Assembly (NCBI GenBank): GCA_028291055.1
Contig: JAQGIP010000133.1
Coordinates: 3,113-67,112, forward strand
Direction of reading: 5' to 3'
DNA: 64,000 nt
Source: Caulobacter sp.
GTDB taxonomy: Bacteria; Pseudomonadota; Alphaproteobacteria; Caulobacterales; Caulobacteraceae
Shown: positions 37,290-46,085 of the stretch, in pieces
Numbering within the stretch: position 1 is the stretch's first letter
Layout: the number at the start of each line of letters is the position of its first letter
The notes under the pieces: model-generated
What the model was told of the DNA's origin: nothing
The model's input: only the letters and a program-made list of their open reading frames with translations
Database searches by the model: none
Position numbers and translations under genes: made by a program

Positions 37290-39574
37290 GTGGGCGGCGG
37301 CCGAAGGGCGTGAAGGACTATGGCGGCCCGGCCGGCGGTTGGGGCGCGCTGAGGGCTGTCGCGGGCGCGCTGACGGACCAGGAGACGGTGGTCGAAGGCG
37401 CTGCCTCCCTGCTGTCGGCCAACCAGCCGGACGGGTTCGATTGCCCCGGCTGCGCCTGGCCGGATCCGAAGCACACTTCGTCGTTCGAATTCTGTGAGAA
37501 CGGGGCCAAGGCGGTGGCCTGGGAAGCCACCACCAAGCGCGCGGGCGCCGATGTGATCGGGGCCCATACGGTCAGCGAACTGCTGACCTGGAGCGACCAT
37601 GCGCTGGAGGACCTGGGGCGGCTGACCGAGCCGCTGGTCTATGACGCCAGCTGCGACCGCTACCGGCCGATCGGCTGGGACGACGCCTTCGCACGCATCG
37701 GCGCCAAGCTGGCGGCGTTGCCGGACCCCAACATGGCGGAGTTCTACGCCTCGGGCCGGGCGTCGAACGAGGCGGCCTTCCTGTTCCAGTTGATGGCGCG
37801 GCGGTTCGGAACCAACAACTTCCCCGACTGCTCCAACATGTGCCACGAGCCGACCTCCGTGGCCCTGCCGGACAGCGTGGGCATGGGCAAGGGCTCGGTC
37901 AGCCTGGAAGACTTCGACCACGCCGACGCCATCTTCTGCGTCGGCCACAACCCCGGCACAAACCATCCGCGGATGATGACCACCCTGCGCGACGCGGCCC
38001 GGCGCGGCGCGCGCATCGTGGTGTTCAACCCGATGAAGGAACGCGCGCTCGAGCGCTTCGCCTCGCCCCAGGATCCGGTGGAGATGGTGACCCTGAGCGC
38101 CACCCCCATCGCGCACCGCTACTATCAGGTGAAGGTCGGCGGCGACGTGGCGGCAATGACCGGGCTGATGAAGGCGGTGCTGGCGCTGGAGGCCGCGCGC
38201 GGCGGCGTCATCGACCGGGCCTTCATCGCCGAACATACCCAGGGCTATGAAGCGCTGGCGGCCACCATCGAGGCCACGGGCTGGGAGGAGATCGAAGCGG
38301 TCAGCGGGCTCGCGCGCGCCCAATTGGAAGAGGCGGCGGTCATCTATGCCGAGGCCCCGGCCACCATCCTCTGCTACGGCATGGGCATCACCCAGCACCG
38401 GGGCGCGTCCAGCGCGGTGCAGCAGTTGATGAACCTGCTGCTGCTACGCGGCAACATCGGCCGGCCAGGGGCGGGCATCTGTCCGCTGCGGGGCCATTCC
38501 AACGTGCAGGGCAACCGCACCGTGGGCATCGCCGAAAAGCCGACGCAAGCCATGCTGGACAGCATCGAAAAGGTATTCGGCTTCACCCCGCCCCAGGCGC
38601 ACGGCCACACGGTGGTCGAGGCCATCGAGGCGATGCAGGCGGGCACGGCCAGGACCTTCGTGGGCCTGGGCGGCAACTTCGCGGTAGCGGCGCCGGACCC
38701 GACAGCCACCTTCGCGGCCTTCCGCAAGCTCGATCTTGCTGTACACATCGCCACTAAGCTGAACCGCACGCACCTGCTGGTGGGCCGCGAGACCTATCTG
38801 CTGCCCTGCCTGGGCCGCACCGAACTGGATCGTCAGGCGACGGGCCGGCAGGTGGTGACGGTGGAGGACTCCATGTCCATGGTCCACGCCTCGCGGGGCC
38901 TGAACGCGCCGGCCTCGGAGAACATCCGCTCCGAACCCGCCATCGTGGCAGGGATCGCGCGGGCGGCCCTGGGCCCCGACAGCGGCATCGACTGGATGGG
39001 GCTGGTGGCCGACTACGACCGCATCCGCGACCTGATCGCGGCGGTCTTCCCGGACGCCTTCGCCGACTACAATGAGCGCATCAAGACGCCGGGCGGCTTC
39101 CGTCTGCCCCTGCCCCATGCCGACCGGGTGTGGAAGACGGCGTCGGGCAAGGCCCAGTTCCTGCTGCCCACCGGCGAGGAGCGCGACCCGCAGCGGGGCG
39201 ACAAGGCGGTCATGCTGCTGACCACCCTGCGCAGCCATGACCAGTACAACACCACCATCTACGGCATGAACGACCGCTACCGGGGCGTCTCCGGGCGCCG
39301 TGACGTGGTGTTCGCCAATCCGCACGACCTGGCGGCGGCGGGCATCAGCGAGGGCGATCGCATCGACCTCACCGCCGCCTTCGACGACAATGCCGAGCGC
39401 GCGGTGCGGGGTTTCACCGTGGTCGCGCGTGAACTGCCGCGTGGCTGTCTCGCCGCCTATTATCCGGAGGCCAATCCGCTGGTGGTGCTGGCCGACCGCG
39501 ACCAGCGCAGCGGCACCCCGGCCTATAAGTCGATCCCGGTGCGCATGACCCTGGTGGCGAGCGCGCCCGCGTGA
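37286..39574 (+). CDS. FdhF/YdeP-family molybdopterin oxidoreductase
   Basis: N-terminus ...GGPAGGWGALRAV...QPDGFDCPGCAWPDP...FCENGAKAV, typical of the YdeP subgroup. MopB domain, 762 aa. ATGA overlap with fdhD. Confidence 0.85.
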   Translation: MSGRRPKGVKDYGGPAGGWGALRAVAGALTDQETVVEGAASLLSANQPDGFDCPGCAWPDPKHTSSFEFCENGAKAVAWEATTKRAGADVIGAHTVSELLTWSDHALEDLGRLTEPLVYDASCDRYRPIGWDDAFARIGAKLAALPDPNMAEFYASGRASNEAAFLFQLMARRFGTNNFPDCSNMCHEPTSVALPDSVGMGKGSVSLEDFDHADAIFCVGHNPGTNHPRMMTTLRDAARRGARIVVFNPMKERALERFASPQDPVEMVTLSATPIAHRYYQVKVGGDVAAMTGLMKAVLALEAARGGVIDRAFIAEHTQGYEALAATIEATGWEEIEAVSGLARAQLEEAAVIYAEAPATILCYGMGITQHRGASSAVQQLMNLLLLRGNIGRPGAGICPLRGHSNVQGNRTVGIAEKPTQAMLDSIEKVFGFTPPQAHGHTVVEAIEAMQAGTARTFVGLGGNFAVAAPDPTATFAAFRKLDLAVHIATKLNRTHLLVGRETYLLPCLGRTELDRQATGRQVVTVEDSMSMVHASRGLNAPASENIRSEPAIVAGIARAALGPDSGIDWMGLVADYDRIRDLIAAVFPDAFADYNERIKTPGGFRLPLPHADRVWKTASGKAQFLLPTGEERDPQRGDKAVMLLTTLRSHDQYNTTIYGMNDRYRGVSGRRDVVFANPHDLAAAGISEGDRIDLTAAFDDNAERAVRGFTVVARELPRGCLAAYYPEANPLVVLADRDQRSGTPAYKSIPVRMTLVASAPA

Positions 39575-40137
39575 TTTTGGGGCTCGTCCTGGCCGGCGGA
39601 CGCTCCGAACGGTTCGGGTCCGAGAAGGCCATGGCCGAGATGGATGGGCGGCCCCTGGTCGCCATCGCCGCCGAGCGCCTGGCCCTGGGTAGCGAAGCCG
39701 TTGCCGTCAGCGCGCGGCCGGCGAGCGGGGCGGCGGCCTGGGCGGAGGATCACGGGTTGCCAGTGCTCTATGACGAACCGGGCGACGCGGACGGCCCGCT
39801 GGCGGGCGTGCGCGCGGGCCTGATCTGGGCCAGGGCCCGCGGCGCCGACAGCCTGGCCACCCTGCCCTGCGACGTGCCCTTTGCGCCCGACGATCTGATG
39901 AAGCGCTTGAAGGCGGCGCTGGACGGACATTTGCTGGCCTTCGCCCAGACCGACCAGGGACCGCAGCCGCTGTGCGCCATCTGGAAGGTGGCGGCGCTGG
40001 CCCTGCTGACCCAGTCGATGGCCGACGGGGCGCATCCGCCGGTTCGGCAGTTCGCCTCGATGGTTGGGGCCAACGCGGTGCGGTTCGAGGATGCTGGGGC
40101 GTTCGCCAACTTCAACCGGGCGAGCGACATCCCTTGA
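39571..40137 (+). CDS. mobA: molybdenum cofactor guanylyltransferase
   Basis: MILGLVLAGGRSERFGSEKA...DGPLAGV...LPCDVPF. GTGA overlap with the upstream gene. Confidence 0.85.
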   Translation: MILGLVLAGGRSERFGSEKAMAEMDGRPLVAIAAERLALGSEAVAVSARPASGAAAWAEDHGLPVLYDEPGDADGPLAGVRAGLIWARARGADSLATLPCDVPFAPDDLMKRLKAALDGHLLAFAQTDQGPQPLCAIWKVAALALLTQSMADGAHPPVRQFASMVGANAVRFEDAGAFANFNRASDIP

Positions 40138-40585
40138 TCCAGCGCCGCCCGTACCTCATCGCCGCGACCACTCTGGTTGCCGTTGCCGCCGTTGGGCTGG
40201 CCATCGCCTGGGCGCGCCTTGCCCCCTCGCCGCCGGCCGATCCAGCCAGCGGGCATGCGGGCGCGCCGGCGTCCGGTTGGCGGCAGGGCGCCTTCAGCGC
40301 CGGGACCCAGACCTTCTACCGGCCCGCCGACACCAAGGGCCGGCTCTGGGTCCGCTATGAAGTTGATGGGGGCCCGCGCCGCTCGCAGCTGCGGCTTCTG
40401 GCCTTCGACTGCGCCACCCACGCCGTGAAGAGCCTGGAACCTTCTATTCCGACAGGCCCGGCGGCTCGGCGGTCGATGATCCGCGGGGCGCGGGTTTGGG
40501 CTGGGCGCCCGGCCTCGGGTGGGCGACCCCCGCGAAGGGAACGCTGGACGCTTGGTATCTGGACGGCTTCTGCAAGGCGCCCTGA
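40134..40585 (+). pseudogene. membrane-anchored surface-adhesin-E-like protein, apparently frameshifted near 40436-40441
   Basis: A TTG at 40134 overlaps the mobA TGA. Frame 0 reads (M)IQRRPYLIAATTLVAVAAVGLAIAWA...GRLWVRYEVDGGPRRSQLRLLAFDCATHAVKSLE and then degenerates into Arg-rich junk. The frame with phase 2 (mod 3) continues as FYSDRPGGSAVDDPRGAGLGWAPGLGWATPAKGTLDAWYLDGFCKAP-stop at 40585. Confidence 0.45.
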
Positions 40586-40669
40586 GGCTGACCCGCGCAT
40601 TGCTGGATTGGCGGATCAGCCCGAAGCTAGCCGGACCAGCGGGGGATGCGGTTTCGGCCAGTTCTGCCC

Positions 40670-40979
40670 GGAAGGAAGAGAAGACAGAAGAGAAGCGGAA
40701 GATGCGGCGGAAGATGCAGCGGATGACCCGCCGACCTCATAGACCTGCTTCCCCAAAACCTCCGCTCATCCCGGCGAAAGCCGGGACCCATAGGGCCTCT
40801 CGAAACCGGCCCTTCGGGCCGAAGCGAGTGCGGACGGCCCTCGGGGCCTAGATTCTTCCGGTGTGTCACCATGGGTCCCGGCTTTCGCCGGGATGAGCGG
40901 AGTGAATGGGGGAAGCCCAGGCCAAGAAGGCGCGGGATGCGCGGCCTCTTCCGCTTCTCCTCTGCCTTCCCTTCCTTCC
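40670..40979. repeat. nested palindrome: 40-nt polypurine/polypyrimidine inverted repeat enclosing family-B copy B3 (40760-40902)
   Basis: Outer arms GGAAGGAAGAGAAGACAGAAGAGAAGCGGAAGATGCGGCG (40670-40709) and its complement at 40940-40979 match at 35 of 40 positions. The inner element B3 has arms CTCCGCTCATCCCGGCGAAAGCCGGGACCCATAGG and CCATGGGTCCCGGCTTTCGCCGGGATGAGCGGAG. Confidence 0.8.
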
Positions 40980-41002
40980 GCTCGCCCTACCCGGCCTGAC
41001 CC

Positions 41003-42394
41003 CTATGTCCCCCGCGCTTTCGCGCCGCTGTCCAACACGTCCGCGCGCGTGGGCGTCATGTCGAACAGGTTCCAGTCGCCGGGGTTGAAGGCGCGGCTGG
41101 TGGGCTTCGGGTTCGGGTAGCCATGCAGCTGGGTTTCGTCGTCGATGATCTTGCCGCGCCCCTCGGCCACGTCGGCCAGCAGGCGCACGTCGTCATAGTC
41201 GCGGTCCCAGGGCCGCGCGCCGGCGTTGTGGATCACCGAGAACTGCACCTGCACCGAGGGCATGGCGACCAGGCCGACCGGCCACAGCATCGGCTTGTCC
41301 ATCATGATGATCCTGGCCGCCGAGGTGGTGTAGCGGCCGAACATCGGCAGGGGACTGCCCATCATGTCCACGGCGATGTTGTCGCGCCCGTAGTATTCCA
41401 GGTCGCCGTAGCCGCCGAGTTCCAGGAAGGCCAGCTTGTCGGGGGTCGACAACCCGCCGCGCAGCACGTTGCCCACCGCCACCATCTGACCCATCTGATA
41501 GGGGTGATCACCCCACTCTTCGGCCATCAGGTTGTAGTGCAGGGCGCGCTGGCCCGGGTCATAGATCAGGTTGTTGACGATCACCCCGCGCACGCCGCCC
41601 TTGAACAGCGGGTTACGCTCATAGTTGTGAGCATAGAGGTTTCCGACGATCAGGATGTTGCTGATGTTGTCGTGGATCAGCGAGCCCTTGGAATGCTCGA
41701 TCTTGGCATGGGTGGAATAGCCCAGCCCCTCGGCGATGATGTTGTTGGAGAAGGTGATCTCGTGGCTGGTGGCCGCTCTCCACTCGTCGGGCGTCTTGCC
41801 GTTGAAGCGGGGGCCCGAGGTCGAGAGGTTCTCGTCGGTGGCCCAGGTCATGGTGCAGTGATCGACGATGACGTTGTAGGCGCCGCCCACGGTGGAGAAG
41901 CTGTCTTCCTCCCAGCCGCTCTTCTTGGCCGCGCCGGCCTCGCCCACCTTCACCCGGATATGCTGGATGACCACGTCGTGGGCGCCGACGTCGAAGCCGC
42001 CCTTGATGAAGGTGATGCCGGGCGACGGCGCGGTCTGGCCGGCCACGGTGAGGAAGGGCTCGGTGATCTTGATGGTCTTGCGGCCGAGGTCGATGGCTCC
42101 GCCGACCTCGAACACCACGATGCGCGGGCCCTTGGTTTCCACCGCCTCGCGGAAGGAGCCGGGGCCGTCGCTGCTCAAGTTTGTGACCTTGATGATCTGG
42201 CCGCCCCGGCCGCCGGGCGTGGTGGCCGCCCAGCCCTGCGCGCCCGGAAAGGCCAGCACCCGGGCGGGGGTCGCCGGCGCCGCGGCGGCGGCGTGAGTCG
42301 CCTTGGCGGGCCTGGCCAGAGTGGTGGTGGCGGCGGCGATCGCAATCGTGCCGAGAAGGGCGGCCGCGGCCGCCACGGATAGACGCCTGATCAC
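41003..42394 (-). CDS. secreted pectate lyase (PL1-like, right-handed beta-helix)
   Basis: AFPGAQGWAATTPGGRGGQIIKVTNLSSDGPGSFREAV...PRIVVFEVGG...LTVAGQTAPSPGITF...DHCTMTWATDENLS...NLYAHNYERNP...VNNLIY. The probable start is GTG 42394 (VIRRLSVAAAAALL, RR-type signal) after GGGGAAAG. Confidence 0.8.
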   Translation of the reverse strand: MIRRLSVAAAAALLGTIAIAAATTTLARPAKATHAAAAAPATPARVLAFPGAQGWAATTPGGRGGQIIKVTNLSSDGPGSFREAVETKGPRIVVFEVGGAIDLGRKTIKITEPFLTVAGQTAPSPGITFIKGGFDVGAHDVVIQHIRVKVGEAGAAKKSGWEEDSFSTVGGAYNVIVDHCTMTWATDENLSTSGPRFNGKTPDEWRAATSHEITFSNNIIAEGLGYSTHAKIEHSKGSLIHDNISNILIVGNLYAHNYERNPLFKGGVRGVIVNNLIYDPGQRALHYNLMAEEWGDHPYQMGQMVAVGNVLRGGLSTPDKLAFLELGGYGDLEYYGRDNIAVDMMGSPLPMFGRYTTSAARIIMMDKPMLWPVGLVAMPSVQVQFSVIHNAGARPWDRDYDDVRLLADVAEGRGKIIDDETQLHGYPNPKPTSRAFNPGDWNLFDMTPTRADVLDSGAKARGT

Positions 42395-42453
42395 GTTTCT
42401 TTCCCCTGTTTTTTCGTCGGCGACGTCGTGCGCGTCACGCGATGCGTTGTAAA

Positions 42454-42467
42454 TGACACCGGTTTCC
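42454..42467. promoter_or_regulatory. LacI-family operator candidate O5 (TGACACCGGTTTCC)
   Basis: Shares the invariant TGACACCGG half-site with five other sites in the hexuronate locus. It lies in the divergent pectate lyase / hydratase spacer. Confidence 0.55.
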
Positions 42468-42521
42468 TTTAGACACAAATCAATCCCGAAAACGGGCCGA
42501 GGTAAAGGGAGTAAGGGCCGA

Positions 42522-43352
42522 GTGACTGATCTGGCGGCAAAGGCCGCAGCCCAATCCCCCAACGAATCCATCGCCCGCGCCTTCGTCGAGGCGCGGCTGC
42601 AGGCTCGCGCGCTGCCGGGCTATCCCGGCACGATTCCCGAGACCATGGACGACGCCTATGCGGTGCAGGACATCGCGCTCAACCTGTTCCCCGACGCGGT
42701 GGTCGGCTGGAAGGTGGGGCTGATCGCCAAGCCGTTGCACGGCCCGCTCGGCGCCGAGCGGCTGGCCGGCCCGATCTTCTCACGCCAGCTTTGGACGCCG
42801 GCCGAGGACGCGGTGACACCCTTCCCCGTCTTCACCGGCGGCTTCTCGGCCGTGGAGGCCGAATTCATCATCCGCATCGGCAAGGACGCCCCGGCCGACG
42901 TCACCGACTGGACCCCTGAGAGCGTCATGGACCTGGTCGGCTCGGTGCATGTGGGGCTGGAATTCGCCGGCAGTCCGCTGGCCACCATCAACGACCTGGG
43001 TCCCACCGTCGTGGCCAGCGATTTCGGCAACAACGCCGGCCAGATCCTGGGCCCGGCCATCGCCGACTGGAAGGACCGTACCTGGGCCTCCATGACCGTC
43101 GAGGCCTTCATCAACGGCGTGCCGGTGGGCCAGGGCACGGCGGCCAATGTGCCGGGCGGTCCGCTGGCGTCGCTGGCCTTCCTGGCCGGTTGCGTGGCCC
43201 GGCGGGGGCAGCCGCTCAAGGCCGGCCAGATCGTCACGACGGGCGCCACCACCGGCATCCATGAAGTGACCGCCGGCGACGAGGCCTTCGTCAGCTTCGG
43301 CGAGCTTGGAGACTTCCGCTGCGTGGCCGTCGCCGCGCGGCCGCACGCCTAA
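42522..43352 (+). CDS. 2-keto-4-pentenoate hydratase-like (MhpD/HpcG family) hydratase/decarboxylase
   Basis: ...MDDAYAVQDIALNLF...GWKVGLI...AEFIIRIG...IVTTGATTG. The probable start is GTG 42522. Confidence 0.7.
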   Translation: MTDLAAKAAAQSPNESIARAFVEARLQARALPGYPGTIPETMDDAYAVQDIALNLFPDAVVGWKVGLIAKPLHGPLGAERLAGPIFSRQLWTPAEDAVTPFPVFTGGFSAVEAEFIIRIGKDAPADVTDWTPESVMDLVGSVHVGLEFAGSPLATINDLGPTVVASDFGNNAGQILGPAIADWKDRTWASMTVEAFINGVPVGQGTAANVPGGPLASLAFLAGCVARRGQPLKAGQIVTTGATTGIHEVTAGDEAFVSFGELGDFRCVAVAARPHA

Positions 43353-43392
43353 AAACAAAAGCCGGTCCTCAGGGCCGCGGGGAGACGTCGGG

Positions 43393-44676
43393 ATGTCAGT
43401 CGAAGGTCAGGCGGCGCCACAGGCGCCGAGCGCCCGGATCGGCCGTTACCGCTGGGTGATCGTGGGCCTGCTGTTCACGGCCATGGTCATCAACTACGTC
43501 GACCGCCAGACGATCGGCCTGTTGAAGGGCAGCCTGTCCAAGGAATTCGGCTGGAACGAAAACAACTACGCCGACCTGGTGCTCTATTTCCAGGCCACCT
43601 ACGCCATCGCCTACCTGGCCTTCGGTCGCATCGTCGACAAGATCGGCGCGCGCTGGGGCTTTGGCCTGGCCTTCCTGATCTGGCAGCTGGCCCACATCGC
43701 CCATGCCGGCGCGCGCAGCCTGAACGGCTTCCTGTTTGCCCGCATGGCGCTGGGCGTCGGCGAGGGCGGCGGTTTTCCGGGCGGCATCAAGGCGGTCGCG
43801 GAGTGGTTCCCCAAGAAGGAACGCGCCCTGGCCACGGGCCTGTTCAATGCCGGCACCAACATCGGCGCCATCGTCACCCCCCTGATCGTGCCGGCCATCG
43901 TGCTGGCCTATGGCTGGCAGATGGCCTTCATCGTCACCGGCGTGGCCGGCCTGGTCTGGCTGCCGATCTGGCTGCTGGTCTATCGCCGCCCGCGTGAGCA
44001 GAAGGCCCTGGGCGCGGCCGAACTGGCCCACATCGAGCAGGATGCGCCCGATCCGGTGGCGAAGGTGGGCTGGCTGAAGCTGCTGGGCGTGCGCGAGACC
44101 TGGGCCTACGCGCTGGGCAAGTTCCTGATCGACCCGATCTGGTGGATGTTCCTGTTCTGGCTGCCGGACTTCCTGGGCAAGCGCTACCACCTGGACCTGA
44201 AGACCTTCGGCCCGCCCCTGATCGCCATCTATCTGATGAGCGACGTGGGCAGCGTCGGCGGCGGCTGGCTGTCGTCGCGCTTCATGAAGATGGGCTGGAG
44301 CATCAACCGGGCGCGCAAGACCACGATGCTGATCTGCGCCGTCTGCGCCGTGCCGGTGGCCTTCGCCGCCTTCGCCAGCAACGTCTGGCTGGCCGTGGCC
44401 ATCATCGGCCTGGCGACGGCCGCCCACCAGGGCTTCTCGGCCAACCTCTACACCCTGCCCGGCGACGTCTTCCCGCGTTCGGCGGTGGGCTCGGTCGTGG
44501 GCATCGGCGGCATGATCGGGGCGTTCGGCGGCATGGCGATGGCCAAATACGCCGGCTATGTGCTGGACAAGATCGGCGCCTATACGCCGATCTTCGTGGT
44601 GGCGGCCTCGGCCTATCTGATCGCGCTGCTGGTCATCCACCTGCTGTCACCGAAGCTGGAGCCGGTGGAGCTGTAA
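43393..44676 (+). CDS. exuT: MFS hexuronate transporter (ExuT/ACS family)
   Basis: RYRWVIVGLLFTAMVINYVDRQTIGLLK...FGWNENNYADLV...GVGEGGGFPGGIKAV... Confidence 0.85.
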   Translation: MSVEGQAAPQAPSARIGRYRWVIVGLLFTAMVINYVDRQTIGLLKGSLSKEFGWNENNYADLVLYFQATYAIAYLAFGRIVDKIGARWGFGLAFLIWQLAHIAHAGARSLNGFLFARMALGVGEGGGFPGGIKAVAEWFPKKERALATGLFNAGTNIGAIVTPLIVPAIVLAYGWQMAFIVTGVAGLVWLPIWLLVYRRPREQKALGAAELAHIEQDAPDPVAKVGWLKLLGVRETWAYALGKFLIDPIWWMFLFWLPDFLGKRYHLDLKTFGPPLIAIYLMSDVGSVGGGWLSSRFMKMGWSINRARKTTMLICAVCAVPVAFAAFASNVWLAVAIIGLATAAHQGFSANLYTLPGDVFPRSAVGSVVGIGGMIGAFGGMAMAKYAGYVLDKIGAYTPIFVVAASAYLIALLVIHLLSPKLEPVEL

Positions 44677-44679
44677 GGC

Positions 44680-44900
44680 GCCGTCCTCCCCAGGCGAGCC
44701 TGCAGCGAGCCGGTTGGGGAGGTGCGCCGGAGGCGCGGAGGGGTTTACTGAGTTGGCGACTATTTGCGTTCTGGCACGGGTGTTGGTGACGGCATCGATC
44801 CAGGTGCCAGAACACGTCCAACCTTTGACTCGGTAAGCCCCTCCGGCCGTTCCGGCCACCTCCCCCGCCGGGTCGCTTGGGCGACCCTGGGGAGGACGGC
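44680..44900. repeat. family-C long imperfect palindrome filling the exuT / yjbR convergent junction
   Basis: A perfect 15-nt terminal inverted repeat, GCCGTCCTCCCCAGG (44680-44694) / CCTGGGGAGGACGGC (44886-44900). Inner arms are GGGGAGGTG / CACCTCCCC and TTCTGGCAC / GTGCCAGAA around a centre near 44790. Confidence 0.8.
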
Positions 44901-45233
44901 TTAGTCAGGCACGAACTGCGCGACCACCTTCTTTGGCGCCTCGCGGCTCCAGGCCATGATCACCAGCCGCGACAATTCCTCACGGTCCAGGGCCTCGAGC
45001 TTGGCGAGCGCCCAATCGTAGCGGGCGACAACGACGCGGCTGAAGGTGTCGGCGCGTGTTTCGAACAGCCACTCCTGGTGCTCGAAGTCCAGCTTCAGGA
45101 GCACCCCCTCCTCACGGCAGATGGCGAACTTGTGGCGGCCTTCCACGCGAAAAGCGGGCCAGCCCTTGTCCGCCTCCTCGATGGTCAGGGGCAGGCTGAG
45201 CGCGAGGTCGCGGAGGTCTTCGATGTCGGCCAT
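44901..45233 (-). CDS. MmcQ/YjbR-family protein
   Basis: MADIEDLRDLALSLPLTIEE...PAFRVEGRHKFAI, 110 aa. Confidence 0.7.
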   Translation of the reverse strand: MADIEDLRDLALSLPLTIEEADKGWPAFRVEGRHKFAICREEGVLLKLDFEHQEWLFETRADTFSRVVVARYDWALAKLEALDREELSRLVIMAWSREAPKKVVAQFVPD

Positions 45234-45270
45234 TGGCTTGCCTCCCCGCCCAGTGTCGGCCGAGGCCGGC

Positions 45271-46068
45271 TCAGGTGTCCAGGCCCGCGCCCATCATTTC
45301 GCACGCCTTGAGCACCAGTCCGGCGGCGCGAAGGAAATCGTAGACCTCGGCGTCAATGGGCAGCCGGCCGGCCAGGCCCGGGTCGGCGATCGCTTCGCGC
45401 CAGGCCGCCTGTACACCGGCGGCCAGAGCTGGATCGCCTCCGGTGAAGGGCGCCTGCGCGGCGCGCCAATGCCGGGCCAGGTCGAGGGCCGCGGGCGCGG
45501 AGGGATCGGTGCCGAGCAGCCTGCGGGCTTCGCTGACGAGTCCCTCCCACGTGCGGCCCACGGCTTCATCGGCCCCGAGCGCGGCGCGTCTGACCAGCAG
45601 CCGGTCCAACTGATCGGGGCGCAGGTGTTTGCGAAAGAGCGGCTCGAAGACCAATGCCCAGCTGGGTTCTTCCGGCGGTGCGGACCGACGGGCCAGGTCT
45701 ATGAGGACCTCCGCCGGCAAGACATCTCCCCTTGCCAGTCTCGCGCGCGCGGCGCCCAGGTGAGATCGGACGGCCTCCAGCTTTTCCAACTGGGTCCGCA
45801 CGGCCGCCTCCTGGATTTCGAGGGTCGAGGTCAGGTCCCCGTCCTTGCCGCTCAGGAGTTCGCCGATCCGGGCCAGGGGCAGGCCCATCTGCTTCAGCGC
45901 CAGAACCTGCTGCAGCCGCGCTATCTCACCCAGCCCGTAGACGCGCCAACCGTTGGCGTCCCGACGCGGCTTGAGCAGCCCGTGACGCTCATACAGGCGC
46001 AGGGCGCGGATGGTCACGCCGACTCGCCGGGCGATCTCGATCGGTTTGAATTCGTCGTGCCCGCTCAC
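45271..46068 (-). CDS. MerR-family regulator with TipAS-like C-terminal effector domain
   Basis: IEIARRVGVTIRALRLYERHGLLKPRRDANGWRVYGLGEIARLQQVLALKQMGLPLARI HTH, followed by about 190 aa of helical domain. The start is GTG 46068; the upstream part of the track ORF is junk. Confidence 0.8.
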   Translation of the reverse strand: MSGHDEFKPIEIARRVGVTIRALRLYERHGLLKPRRDANGWRVYGLGEIARLQQVLALKQMGLPLARIGELLSGKDGDLTSTLEIQEAAVRTQLEKLEAVRSHLGAARARLARGDVLPAEVLIDLARRSAPPEEPSWALVFEPLFRKHLRPDQLDRLLVRRAALGADEAVGRTWEGLVSEARRLLGTDPSAPAALDLARHWRAAQAPFTGGDPALAAGVQAAWREAIADPGLAGRLPIDAEVYDFLRAAGLVLKACEMMGAGLDT

Positions 46069-46085
46069 ATCCCCATTCCGTTCGG

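Noticed and set aside
39972-40742. A 256-aa ORF taken at face value as an intact gene after mobA.
   Set aside because: Its first third is an alternative frame of mobA. Its last third (RGARVWAGRPASGGRPPRRERW...REDRREAEDAAEDAADD) is junk running into the polypurine repeat. A frameshifted shorter gene (40134-40585) explains the protein-like parts better.
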